In this document: in pieces, positions 45,555-54,827 of the stretch
How positions within the stretch are numbered: the stretch's first letter is position 1
Layout: every line of letters starts with the position of its first letter
NCBI GenBank assembly: GCA_045656825.1
Contig: JAZORY010000056.1
Span: forward strand, 34,424-98,423
Direction of reading: 5' to 3'
Length of the DNA: 64,000 bases
From: Candidatus Avispirillum sp.
GTDB lineage: Bacteria; Bacillota; Clostridia; Oscillospirales; CAG-272
Translations under genes and position numbers: made by a program
The notes under the pieces: model-generated
Seen by the model: the letters and a program-made list of their open reading frames with translations, nothing else
Database searches by the model: none
What the model was told of the DNA's origin: nothing

Positions 45555-46466
45555 TTATTCAACTGACACCTTAAGCATATATTTATACTCAAGCCATGCG
45601 GGGCAATATGCCATCTTTGAGCGACGAAGGCCGGGCAATCCCATATCCTCCTCGCGATTGACATATTTTACATTATCATCTGTTATTGTAAGAAGATATT
45701 CTTTATTGAGCGTTTGATACGATCCCGCTATCTCCTTTTCTGCCTTTTCAATATGAACGTATACTGTATCTCCATATATCTGCGATATGGTTATACCCAT
45801 GATTTTATCGTTTGCAACAAGCATTCCGCCTGAAAAATACTTGAAATTGAAATTGTCAAGCAGCGCATTTACCGCCCTATATTCCTTATCATCAATTGAA
45901 GAGGACTTGGGATTTCTTTCACAATATTCATTATAGTATTCTCTTATATCCCCCAGATTTTCCTCTGTGAGAGCTACAAAATGAGCATCGGGATATTCCG
46001 AAACGAATCTGTTTATAAGATTCTTTCTCTTATGATGCTTTCTGCCTGCAGGATTTTCAAACTCTGCCTTATTATATATATAATCTGCCGCATCCCTTGA
46101 GGCAAACGCTTCCATAACAAACATCTCTCTGGTGACCTTCGCAAGACTCGTTTCTCCAACTGCCGCAATTGATGCACAGCACCCTGACTCTGCTATATGC
46201 TCTTTTAGCATTCTGAGTGCAGTTTTTTTATGCTTACCTATTGGATAATAATATGATTTGCTGCTCTCGCCAGTTTTTGAATAGAAGATAACCGTATCTC
46301 CTGCATGCGCAAACCAGACGTCGTACTCTCTGAACCACAAAAGCACAGCTCCCGGAGTTCTGTCAGACATACGAACACTATGTCGTCTTTGTCTCTCAAG
46401 CTCATATTCAAAATATTTTTCAACTTCGTTAAAATTTTCAAGCGTCAGCTTCTTAAATTCAAGCAT
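45555..46466 (-). CDS. DUF2156 (MprF C-terminal/LPG-synthase-like, GNAT-fold) domain protein, tentative
   Basis: 303-aa ORF. The N-terminal pattern FKKLTLENFNEVEKYF...LLWFREYDVWFAHAGDTVIFYSK...YYYPIG resembles stand-alone DUF2156 proteins. It lies 17 nt upstream of the sigma gene. Confidence 0.5.
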   Translation of the reverse strand: MLEFKKLTLENFNEVEKYFEYELERQRRHSVRMSDRTPGAVLLWFREYDVWFAHAGDTVIFYSKTGESSKSYYYPIGKHKKTALRMLKEHIAESGCCASIAAVGETSLAKVTREMFVMEAFASRDAADYIYNKAEFENPAGRKHHKRKNLINRFVSEYPDAHFVALTEENLGDIREYYNEYCERNPKSSSIDDKEYRAVNALLDNFNFKYFSGGMLVANDKIMGITISQIYGDTVYVHIEKAEKEIAGSYQTLNKEYLLTITDDNVKYVNREEDMGLPGLRRSKMAYCPAWLEYKYMLKVSVE

Positions 46467-46604
46467 ATTACCCTCTGTTGTCTAAAAACATTTTAACTGA
46501 TTTTTCATCAGCATTTTCCCTTTTTCAACAGGCAAAATTCGCCCGCATAAATTATTCCCAATTTTTACCATTCATTTTTGTGCAGGTTTTCCATGATTTT
46601 GATG

Positions 46605-46633
46605 TTGCATTATCTCCTAAAATATGGTAATAT
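46605..46633 (+). promoter_or_regulatory. Sigma-A-type promoter for spo0A
   Basis: TTGCAT (46605-46610), 17-nt spacer, extended -10 TGgTAATAT (46625-46633). Confidence 0.5.
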
Positions 46634-46675
46634 TTGGATGTACTAATTTACATTATTTACCAACGGAGTTACATT

Positions 46676-47452
46676 ATGGAACAAATTAAAATTCTTATTG
46701 CAGATGAAAATCCCAAAACCAGAAAAAACTGCCGCGAGGCTCTTATGCGCGCCGGCATCCGTACTATTGATGAAGCCGCAAACGGAGAAGACGCGCTGGG
46801 TTATATAAGCCGCAATCATCCCGATATCGTTATTGCTGACGTTTGGCTCTCTCGACTTGACGGAATAGGGCTTATCAGACAAGCACTTTCTCTAAGCTAC
46901 AATCAGGACAAGCCTCCCGCATTTATTATTGCTTCAATGGTTACAAATCAAAATATATTCGTTGAAGCAGCTAAAGCAGGCGCCGCGCTTTGCCTCCCCA
47001 AGCCACTTGATTTTGAAAGCCTTGCCGAGCACGTTATTTCTATATCCAAAAGCCGTGCTGAAGGCACAATTTCCGTAGGCGAGGTTTCAGCAACACCGCC
47101 TGATATTGAAGCTCAGGTTACCAAGATCATTCACCAAATAGGAGTTCCCGCTCACATCAAAGGCTATCAATATCTCAGATGCGCTATTCTTATGACCATC
47201 AACGACAATGATATCATAAACTCTGTTACCAAGGTTCTCTATCCCTCTGTTGCCAAGAAATATTCAACAACAACCTCCCGCGTTGAGCGTGCTATTCGCC
47301 ATGCAATCGAGGTTGCATGGGACCGAGGCGATATTGATACTCTCAATTCTTATTTCGGCTACACTATTCAGAACAATCGAGGAAAGCCCACAAACTCTGA
47401 ATTTATAGCCATGATAGCAGACAATCTCCGTCTCAAGTATAAGATTCGCTGA
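46676..47452 (+). CDS. spo0A: Sporulation master regulator Spo0A
   Basis: The receiver domain has ILIADEN, the phospho-acceptor context [14 protein letters not shown], and LPKP. The C-terminal Spo0A signature is [16 protein letters not shown]...[18 protein letters not shown]...[17 protein letters not shown] placed the start at ATG 46676 (MEQIKIL) after an ACGGAG RBS. Confidence 0.92.
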   Translation: MEQIKILIADENPKTRKNCREALMRAGIRTIDEAANGEDALGYISRNHPDIVIADVWLSRLDGIGLIRQALSLSYNQDKPPAFIIASMVTNQNIFVEAAKAGAALCLPKPLDFESLAEHVISISKSRAEGTISVGEVSATPPDIEAQVTKIIHQIGVPAHIKGYQYLRCAILMTINDNDIINSVTKVLYPSVAKKYSTTTSRVERAIRHAIEVAWDRGDIDTLNSYFGYTIQNNRGKPTNSEFIAMIADNLRLKYKIR

Positions 47453-48347
47453 CAGCCAGCTTCTCGCCATCGGAATAGAATACTATACTTCCCATAGTAT
47501 CCGTTCTGAAATATCTGATGTTATATCTCTCGAAAAGCTGAAGCGTTTCATAATGAGGATGTCCATAGGAATTTCCCTCTCCGCAGGTTATAACTGCATA
47601 TTCGGGAGAAACTGCCTCAAGGAAATCAGTTGACGTTGATGTTGAAGAGCCATGATGTCCTGCCTTCAGAATATCCGCATCAAGCTTATATGACGGGAAG
47701 CTGCTGAGTATCTCCTTTTCAGAGGAGCTTTCGGCATCTCCCGTTATTACGGCAGAAATCTCCCCTGTTGTGATCTTTGCAACAATACTGCTATTGTTAA
47801 GATCCTTATATCCTGAACCGTTTGGCGCATATATCTCTACGGCTATTCCGCCAAACTCGTAATTATCTCCTGCCTTTCCCTCAAGCAAGCTGCAATCATT
47901 ATCCTCAATTGCATCAAGCAGCTTTTCAAAGCAAGCTGTATCCGACACCGCATCAGGCATTATAACCGTTTCAACGCCGATATTATTTATTATATCCGAT
48001 GCAGCTCCGATATGGTCCTCGTGAGGATGGGTTAAGATCATAAGGTCTATATGATCCGTGAACTGTTTTATGTATTCAACAGTCGTATATCTATTCTCAC
48101 CGGGACCCGTATCAACGATTATTGAAACGTCTTCACCAAGTATCATAGTACAATCCCCTTGGCCGACGTCTACAAAATGATAAGAATATTTAACGTCAAG
48201 CTCGGATAAATCAGCATTAAGTGCCGCATCATCGAAATATTTGTATACTGCAATAACGACAACTATGATCCATGCAATAAGCCTGACTATATCCTTTGCG
48301 TTAGGTTTCTTTCCCTTTTTCGACACAATTATCTCCTTTATTTTCAA
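47433..48347 (-). CDS. ComEC-type metallo-beta-lactamase-fold hydrolase with N-terminal membrane anchor
   Basis: [13 protein letters not shown] and [11 protein letters not shown] (HxHxDH) motifs are present. The 3' end overlaps the spo0A 3' end by 20 nt in convergent orientation. Confidence 0.8.
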   Translation of the reverse strand: MKIKEIIVSKKGKKPNAKDIVRLIAWIIVVVIAVYKYFDDAALNADLSELDVKYSYHFVDVGQGDCTMILGEDVSIIVDTGPGENRYTTVEYIKQFTDHIDLMILTHPHEDHIGAASDIINNIGVETVIMPDAVSDTACFEKLLDAIEDNDCSLLEGKAGDNYEFGGIAVEIYAPNGSGYKDLNNSSIVAKITTGEISAVITGDAESSSEKEILSSFPSYKLDADILKAGHHGSSTSTSTDFLEAVSPEYAVITCGEGNSYGHPHYETLQLFERYNIRYFRTDTMGSIVFYSDGEKLAVSESYT

Positions 48348-48723
48348 AAATCTCTTTGGTTATTTTGCAAACCATACTCGCCGGCACGCACAAAATCAAC
48401 CATAAAAGAGACGTTCTAAGACTTATTTGCCCCAAAAAGTGATACTTAAGCGAAGAATAATCCCAGATATCCCACCCTAAACAAATATTGACGATTATCC
48501 CCGAAGCAAGCTCACATAAGGTTATAGCGATGGCTCCCGCAATACTTTTGAAAGCCAAAGCAGCATTTTTATATCTGCTGTTTATATAATATACGGCAAG
48601 AAGCGATATACCTCCTATTGCTATCATAGCAGGATGAGAATACCCTCTCCATAAAAATTCAAGCAAATAGTAGTATATTCCACCGACTGTTCCTATTATA
48701 GCATACATTACGTATCTTTTCAA
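48301..48723 (-). CDS. CmpB-like membrane protein (putative ABC-transporter type IV family, PF06541-like)
   Basis: 140 aa with 4 TM helices and a GWDIWDYS motif. Confidence 0.55.
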   Translation of the reverse strand: MKRYVMYAIIGTVGGIYYYLLEFLWRGYSHPAMIAIGGISLLAVYYINSRYKNAALAFKSIAGAIAITLCELASGIIVNICLGWDIWDYSSLKYHFLGQISLRTSLLWLILCVPASMVCKITKEIFENKGDNCVEKGKET

Positions 48724-48775
48724 ATTAAAATCACCCTTTCATTGTTGTTAACAACAAAAGGGTGATTTATTCATA

Positions 48776-49489
48776 TTACAACACGGAAGAAATTAATTCC
48801 ACCATAAGGTTGTACACGGGACAGATGATAATGGGAAGAAAAACAGCAGGCAGCCCGTCTGCAACCTTAATCTTTGTTATACCTGCAAGATTAAGACCTA
48901 TTGCCATTACGAGAATAGATCCCGTGCAAGTCATTTCGGCTATAACAAGCTCGCTGAGAAACGATGCTGCAAATCCTGAAAACAGAGCTATTGCTCCCTG
49001 AAAAACAAATACAAACAAGGATGAAAGCATTACGCCTATGCCAAGAGTTGACGTCAGAACTATGGACAAAACAAAGTCTAACATACTTTTAGTGAAAAGC
49101 ATTTCATTATCTCCGGAAATTCCCGCCTGAAGACTTCCGACAATTGTCATTGACCCGACACAGAAAAGAAGACTTGCCGTTACAAAGCCTTCAGCTATGC
49201 TGACTTTTCCGTTTTTATTTGCAAATCTGTTTTCAACCCAAACGCCAAGACGTCCAAAGGCTCCGTCTATATTAAGAAGCGTTCCTATAACTGTTCCCAG
49301 AGCGAGAGAAATGATCGAAATGAGAATATTCTGCCCATCCATCGCACTTGAAATTCCCACAAATATGATTGCTATGCCGAGAACCGACGTGATAGCCGAT
49401 GATATTCTCTCAGGTATTCCTTTTTTGAACATAAGTCCTATAAGGCTTCCTACTATTACTGCTACTGCGTTTACCGATACTCCAAGCAT
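48776..49489 (-). CDS. DUF554 family membrane protein
   Basis: MLGVSVNAVAVIVGSLIGLMFKKGIPERI is a typical DUF554 (YdfK/YqgA) N-terminus. 237 aa. Confidence 0.75.
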   Translation of the reverse strand: MLGVSVNAVAVIVGSLIGLMFKKGIPERISSAITSVLGIAIIFVGISSAMDGQNILISIISLALGTVIGTLLNIDGAFGRLGVWVENRFANKNGKVSIAEGFVTASLLFCVGSMTIVGSLQAGISGDNEMLFTKSMLDFVLSIVLTSTLGIGVMLSSLFVFVFQGAIALFSGFAASFLSELVIAEMTCTGSILVMAIGLNLAGITKIKVADGLPAVFLPIIICPVYNLMVELISSVL

Positions 49490-49493
49490 TTTA

Positions 49494-50915
49494 TTATTCC
49501 TTATCCGTATACAAGCTTGTCAATTCATCAAGCAATTCATTTATATTATTTTTTATGGCACCATAGCCATAGAACAAGCTACCCTTATAGTTGTTTTTCT
49601 CCGCGGCATATTTCACCTGATCTGTCATAATTCCCGAAGGAGATTCCCAATCGTTTTCGTATCTGTATGCTCCGTGAGAAATGAGAAGGCGCACCCTTGT
49701 GCCCGAAACTCTTTCCTGCCACCAATCGCAAAGATGATCAAAAGGTGCAGATTTCGTTTCGTTTGTCCAATAAAGCTGAGGCGCGATATAATCTACGTAT
49801 CCGCCGTCTATCCAAGCAAGTGTGTCGCAATAAAGCTCTGAATATGACTGCGTTCCCGTTGTTAAGCTTCCGCTTTCTCCGCCGTATCCGTTTTTCCATA
49901 TTCCAAATGGAGAAACTCCGAAAATACAGCTGATATCTTCCTGCTTTACAGTTTTGTAAACGCTCTCCACCAGCTTATTGACGTTGCTTCTGCGCCAAGC
50001 CTCTATATCAAGGCCTTCTTCGTTATACTTTTTGTATGTATGTCGGTCCTCAAATTCATAAGCTAACGTTTCTCCCGTTTCCTCGTCAGTATATCTGACG
50101 GGATAGGGATAGAAATAATCGTCAAACACGATTCCGTCAACTGCATAGCTTTGAACTATTTCCTTGACACCTTGGCATATAAGCTCTCTAACCTCGGGGA
50201 TACCGAGATCGTAATACAGCTTTCCATCGCCATATTTAACAACGTATTCGGGATGCTCCTTTGCAGGATTGCCATCAGCAAGGTCTTTTGTTTCGACTCC
50301 TGATTTCGAGGTTACTCTCACAGGATTTATCCACGCGTGGACCGATATATTCTCTTTATGAGCTGCATTTATTATGTATTCAAGAGCATCAAGCGTCAGC
50401 TCACCATCAGTTGACATATATTTTGAAACAGGATAAATTTCCGAATCATACAGGGCATCCGACTCGGGACGAACCTGAAAAAATATGGTGCTCAATCCCG
50501 CGCTCTTCGTTGTTTCAACTATCTTATCAAGTTCGCTCTGAATCTGAGCCTTATCAAGATCAGTATTTGATGGGAAATTAATATTAAAAACAGACGCTAT
50601 CCATACGCCGTTTATATCTCTGAGCTTCATCATAACTCCCTTTGCATCCTCAGGACCAACAAAAGAGCTCTCAACGTGCTCTTTTGTTACTGTTTGGATG
50701 TCAACCGACGCTCTGTTTACTATGATCTGATCCTCAATCGGCGCCTCCGGAGGAATTGGCTCTTCTGTTTCCGCTACGGTATCCTCGGGGGCATCATTTC
50801 GGTTTTGACCTGCAAAGATAACACCCATAACAACTACAAGCGCCACAACAAAAGCTATGCAAATACAGCTTAATATAAATACTATTTTATTCCTTAAAAA
50901 CAGATCTCTCAGCAT
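49494..50915 (-). CDS. Glycoside-hydrolase-like family 10 (GHL10/DUF187, YngK-like) protein with N-terminal membrane anchor
   Basis: RDINGVWIASVFNINFPS and TIFFQVRPESDALYDSEIYP resemble the GHL10 family. 473 aa. Confidence 0.65.
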   Translation of the reverse strand: MLRDLFLRNKIVFILSCICIAFVVALVVVMGVIFAGQNRNDAPEDTVAETEEPIPPEAPIEDQIIVNRASVDIQTVTKEHVESSFVGPEDAKGVMMKLRDINGVWIASVFNINFPSNTDLDKAQIQSELDKIVETTKSAGLSTIFFQVRPESDALYDSEIYPVSKYMSTDGELTLDALEYIINAAHKENISVHAWINPVRVTSKSGVETKDLADGNPAKEHPEYVVKYGDGKLYYDLGIPEVRELICQGVKEIVQSYAVDGIVFDDYFYPYPVRYTDEETGETLAYEFEDRHTYKKYNEEGLDIEAWRRSNVNKLVESVYKTVKQEDISCIFGVSPFGIWKNGYGGESGSLTTGTQSYSELYCDTLAWIDGGYVDYIAPQLYWTNETKSAPFDHLCDWWQERVSGTRVRLLISHGAYRYENDWESPSGIMTDQVKYAAEKNNYKGSLFYGYGAIKNNINELLDELTSLYTDKE

Positions 50916-50980
50916 TGCAAACCTTTACTTTACTTTCTTTATTATCAGACATCATATTTTACACCATTTTTCGTTTTGTG

Positions 50981-51700
50981 TCAACTTTCGAGACTTGACA
51001 TAATTGCCGCGCTGATAATAAATCCAAGCTCTTGTCTGTATCCATCATCACACAGCTGCTCAGCCTCCTCAGGATTTGACAAAAATCCACATTCCACAAG
51101 CACGGCAGGCATCTCTGCTCTGCTTAGAAGATATATATTGCTTCCCGCCGCCTTTATCTCTCGCTTATTATCCTTTTGCAAATATTGGCAACAATAGCTT
51201 TGTATGCTTTGGGCAAGCTCACGGCTTTCCGCGGCGTTTTTCGAATAATAAACCTGAAGGCCCTTATACTGAGATTTCGGAAACTTATTCATATGTATAC
51301 TTACAAGCATACCTGCATCATTTTCCATAGCGAGCTTCAGTCTGTTTTTCAGGTCATACGTCTTCTTTTTTCCCTCATAATCGTCGCCGTATAAATCATA
51401 GAGCATTTTATCTTCATCCCTCGTCAAAACGACGTTATACCCCGAAGTCTTAAGTATTTCAGATATCTTTCTTGCCACCTCAAGATTTACGTCCTTTTCA
51501 AGAACTCCACTATCCGACACACATCCACCATCCTCTCCGCCATGTCCCGCATCAATAACTATACACTCACCTACGGGCTCAGCTGAAGCAAATCTGATGG
51601 GCGTTTCTCGATTTAACAAATGCCCCATGATAGCTCCTGAAATTATGAATATGCCTGACAGCAGTGTGAATCCAACGAAAAAGAATTTTTGACCGCTCAT
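50981..51700 (-). CDS. cwlD: N-acetylmuramoyl-L-alanine amidase (CwlD-like, Amidase_3)
   Basis: IVIDAGHGGEDGGCV...EKDVNLEVARKI...SIHMN...VLVECGFLSNPEE are Amidase_3 motifs, and the size and N-terminal anchor are CwlD-like. I placed the start at ATG 51700 (MSGQKFFF) after a TGGGAG RBS. The track ORF begins at a TTG at 51748. Confidence 0.7.
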   Translation of the reverse strand: MSGQKFFFVGFTLLSGIFIISGAIMGHLLNRETPIRFASAEPVGECIVIDAGHGGEDGGCVSDSGVLEKDVNLEVARKISEILKTSGYNVVLTRDEDKMLYDLYGDDYEGKKKTYDLKNRLKLAMENDAGMLVSIHMNKFPKSQYKGLQVYYSKNAAESRELAQSIQSYCCQYLQKDNKREIKAAGSNIYLLSRAEMPAVLVECGFLSNPEEAEQLCDDGYRQELGFIISAAIMSSLES

Positions 51701-51802
51701 AAAAACTCCCAACATTTTCGATATATTATCATAGTATGAGCAGGACAATCTTTTATGCCAACAAAAAACGGAAGAAACATAAATCTCTTCCGTTTAATAT
51801 TT

Positions 51803-52375
51803 TCACTTTTCTTCGGACTGCTTTACCTTGAATATTCTGATGTTTCTGTAACCCATAGAATATGCTATATATCCTACGAATATTGCAGGAGCAGAAATTA
51901 CGATATAGATGAGATTTGAAGCCACAAATCCCCATCCCTCAAGACCAACGGGAACAATGAAATTGATTATTCCGTTATACATCGCCTGCCAGAGACGAGC
52001 GATAAATACGACGATCGTTGCCGCACTGCCGGACCACGCTGTCTGCGAAAAGGTTCCGATCGCGCAAAGCGCAACTGCAAGAACACCGAGTATCAGATTG
52101 GGAAGATTGGCACAAAGAGCAATCTTAAATCCAAGGTTCATATCCTTTGACTTTCTGCCGCCGTCAACCTTAAGCTTATCCTTTGCCGCAGCATCCCACA
52201 CGGCTGTGTAAATAAAATAGCAATAGAGCATAGCCGCCAAAACACTTGTGAAACAATTGAGCCACTTCGCCGACATTGATGCCGTTGAAAGCATTGCACC
52301 AACGATCGCTGATGCAAACTGATATCCCATAAGTCTTCTGACTACTGCGCCCTCGTTTCGAAAAACATTTAACAC
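51803..52375 (-). CDS. Hypothetical polytopic membrane protein
   Basis: 190 aa with a GTG start and 5-6 TM helices. I recognise no family. Confidence 0.5.
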   Translation of the reverse strand: MLNVFRNEGAVVRRLMGYQFASAIVGAMLSTASMSAKWLNCFTSVLAAMLYCYFIYTAVWDAAAKDKLKVDGGRKSKDMNLGFKIALCANLPNLILGVLAVALCAIGTFSQTAWSGSAATIVVFIARLWQAMYNGIINFIVPVGLEGWGFVASNLIYIVISAPAIFVGYIAYSMGYRNIRIFKVKQSEEK

Positions 52376-52528
52376 AAGTACACCTCTCGTTACTTTTTCA
52401 TAACTATATTTTATATTTATCTCTTCTTAAGTTCAATACCATATTATGAAAGTTTACAAATCAGTCAAGAAAAATATGAGAGTTGTAGTATAATAAACTT
52501 GGTATTTTTTGTTTCGAGGTGTTTTTTG

Positions 52529-53539
52529 ATGATCAATCTGAAGGATCTTTCCGCTTTTCCGAAGCTTTTGCAGGATTTTGCTCAGTACAAACTGGTGGTA
52601 CAGGGCTGTTCCCCAAAAACCGTTACTGAATATCTGTTTGATATGCGAACCTTCTGCCGATATTTCGTTGCTAAAAGGACAGGAGAGGAAACTGACGGTG
52701 AAACTCTGAAAAAAATGAATATTGCAGATCTTGACCTTGAATTTTTCAAAAGCTTATCCGAGGGAGATATTTACGAATTTCTCTTTTTTACAAAAAGCGA
52801 CAGAGACAACGAATCAAGCTCAAGAGCAAGAAAGCTTTCTGCAATTAAAAGCTTTTATAAATATCTCGTTACAAAAAAACAATATTTTGAAACCAATCCC
52901 GCTATAAATATTGAAACACCAAAAAAGAAAAAACAGCTTCCAAAGCACCTTTCAATTGAGGAATGTGTTGATCTGCTTACAGCATCAAAAAGCGATCCCG
53001 AATCAAAAACAAAGGAGCGCGACTACTGTATTCTCACGCTCTTTCTGAACTGTGGCATGCGACTTTCAGAGCTTGTCGGAATCAATCTTCCCGATATCGA
53101 CCGCGACCTTGAAAGCCTTAAGGTTATGGGTAAGGGCTCGAAGGAAAGAATAATATACTTAAACGATGCCTGCCGCTCCGCACTCTCCGATTATCTTGCG
53201 GTGCGTCCACAATCAACCGACACCTCGCAGCCTCTTTTTATCAGCCGACTGAACAAGCGTATCAGTGTAAAAACAGTTCAGTGGCTTGTCAAAAAATATC
53301 TCGACGAGGCAGGTCTCAGCAACAAAAATTATTCAACTCACAAGCTGCGCCACACAGCTGCAACCTTAATGTATCAGTCAGGAAAGGTTGACGTCAGAGT
53401 GCTCAAAGATATTCTTGGCCACGAGCAGCTTAACACAACTCAGATCTACACTCACGTAAGCAATCCCGATATGGAAAAAGCTATGCAGAGCAATCCCTTG
53501 TCCGACGTTGTTATAAAAGAAAAGAAACACTTGGATTAA
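52529..53539 (+). CDS. Tyrosine recombinase, XerC/XerD-like
   Basis: The C-terminal catalytic motifs are HKLRHTAATLMYQ...LGHEQLNTTQIYTHV, and an N-terminal SAM-like domain is present. I placed the start at ATG 52529 (MINLKDL) after a GAGGTG RBS. Confidence 0.8.
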   Translation: MINLKDLSAFPKLLQDFAQYKLVVQGCSPKTVTEYLFDMRTFCRYFVAKRTGEETDGETLKKMNIADLDLEFFKSLSEGDIYEFLFFTKSDRDNESSSRARKLSAIKSFYKYLVTKKQYFETNPAINIETPKKKKQLPKHLSIEECVDLLTASKSDPESKTKERDYCILTLFLNCGMRLSELVGINLPDIDRDLESLKVMGKGSKERIIYLNDACRSALSDYLAVRPQSTDTSQPLFISRLNKRISVKTVQWLVKKYLDEAGLSNKNYSTHKLRHTAATLMYQSGKVDVRVLKDILGHEQLNTTQIYTHVSNPDMEKAMQSNPLSDVVIKEKKHLD

Positions 53540-53624
53540 TTTGCTTTTTTCAGTTGACATATTTTGCTTTTTTAACTATAATATACTTGTATTATTATGT
53601 AAATAAATTCCGAAGGAGTACACT

Positions 53625-54758
53625 ATGAAAACAATCAGATTCGGTCTTATAGGCTGCGGCCTTATGGCAAGAGAGTTTGCTTCAGCAGCTGCACGTTGGT
53701 GCCACTTTACAGGCGATATTCCCCGCCCTGAAATCGTAGGCATCTGCTCCGTTCTTCCTCAGGAAATGGAATGGTTCCAGAAGAACTTCCCCGACATCAA
53801 ATATGCTGTTTCCGACTATAAGGAGCTTCTTGAAAAGGATGATATCGACGCTATCTACTGCGCTGTTCCTCACAACCTTCACGAGCAGTTCTATATAGAC
53901 ATCATCAAGAGCGGCAAGGCCCTTCTTGGTGAAAAGCCCTTCGGTATCGATAAGAAGGCAAACGATGCTATTATGCAGGCTTACAGAGAAACTCCCGGCG
54001 CGTTCGTTCGCTGCTCCAGCGAGTTCCCCTTCTATCCTGCTATGCAGACAATGATCAACTGGTACAACGAAGGCAAGTTCGGCAAGGTGCTTGAAATCCA
54101 TGCAGGCTTTAACCATTGTAGCGATATGGACGTTAACAAGCCTATCAACTGGAAGCGTATGGTTAAGTTCAATGGTGAATACGGATGCCTCGGCGACCTC
54201 GGTATTCACACACAGCACGTCCCCTTCCGCCTTGGATTCTTCCCCAAGACCGTTACAGCTCACTTCTCTAACATCGTTAAGGAGCGTCCCGACGGCAAGG
54301 GCGGTATGGTTCCCTGCGACACCTTTGATAACTGCACACTCTTCTGCACAACCCTCAACAAGGACGGCGACGAGATTCCTATGACTCTCGAAACAAAGCG
54401 TATGTGCCCCGGCTCCACAAACCGCTGGTTCTTTGAAATCTACGGTATGGACTGCAGCGCTCGCTTCAGTAGTGATGATGCAAATGCATTCTACTACACA
54501 TCCTCTTGGGGCAAGGAGCAGAGCTGGAACAGAATCATCATCGGCTACAAGCCCATGCTCCCCACAATCACAGGTCCCATCTTCGAGTTTGGCTTCACAG
54601 ACTCTATGCAGCAGATGCTTGGCGCATTTATGCTTGAATATGCAGGCGAAAAGGTTCCCTTCGGCCTCTTCACACCCGAAGAAACAGAAATGTCTCACAA
54701 GCTCTCAACAGCTGCTCTCGAAAGTCATTACAACAGAACTGTTGTTGCTCTTGACTAA
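53625..54758 (+). CDS. Gfo/Idh/MocA family oxidoreductase
   Basis: The N-terminal Rossmann motif is IRFGLIGCGLMAREF and the EKP motif is LLGEKPFG. 377 aa. Confidence 0.85.
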   Translation: MKTIRFGLIGCGLMAREFASAAARWCHFTGDIPRPEIVGICSVLPQEMEWFQKNFPDIKYAVSDYKELLEKDDIDAIYCAVPHNLHEQFYIDIIKSGKALLGEKPFGIDKKANDAIMQAYRETPGAFVRCSSEFPFYPAMQTMINWYNEGKFGKVLEIHAGFNHCSDMDVNKPINWKRMVKFNGEYGCLGDLGIHTQHVPFRLGFFPKTVTAHFSNIVKERPDGKGGMVPCDTFDNCTLFCTTLNKDGDEIPMTLETKRMCPGSTNRWFFEIYGMDCSARFSSDDANAFYYTSSWGKEQSWNRIIIGYKPMLPTITGPIFEFGFTDSMQQMLGAFMLEYAGEKVPFGLFTPEETEMSHKLSTAALESHYNRTVVALD

Positions 54759-54778
54759 TCAGATTTTTATAGTATAAT

Positions 54779-54815
54779 ATAGGGGTCGGATTTCCGACCC
54801 CCTATTATTTTTTAT
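54779..54815 (+). terminator. Rho-independent terminator
   Basis: The sequence is ATAGGGGTCGGAttTCCGACCCCCTATtatttttt. Confidence 0.8.
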
Positions 54816-54827
54816 TTGGAGAATAAT

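Noticed and set aside
52529-53539. Tyrosine recombinase as a marker of an integrated mobile element
   Set aside because: Its size and motifs fit a chromosomal XerC/XerD-type recombinase. The neighbours are housekeeping genes, and I saw no flanking direct repeats, tRNA target, phage or conjugation genes.
53682-54698. 338-aa minus-strand ORF antisense to the Gfo/Idh/MocA oxidoreductase gene
   Set aside because: The plus-strand frame has a clear Rossmann N-terminus, an RBS and a terminator. The antisense product has no motifs or start signals.
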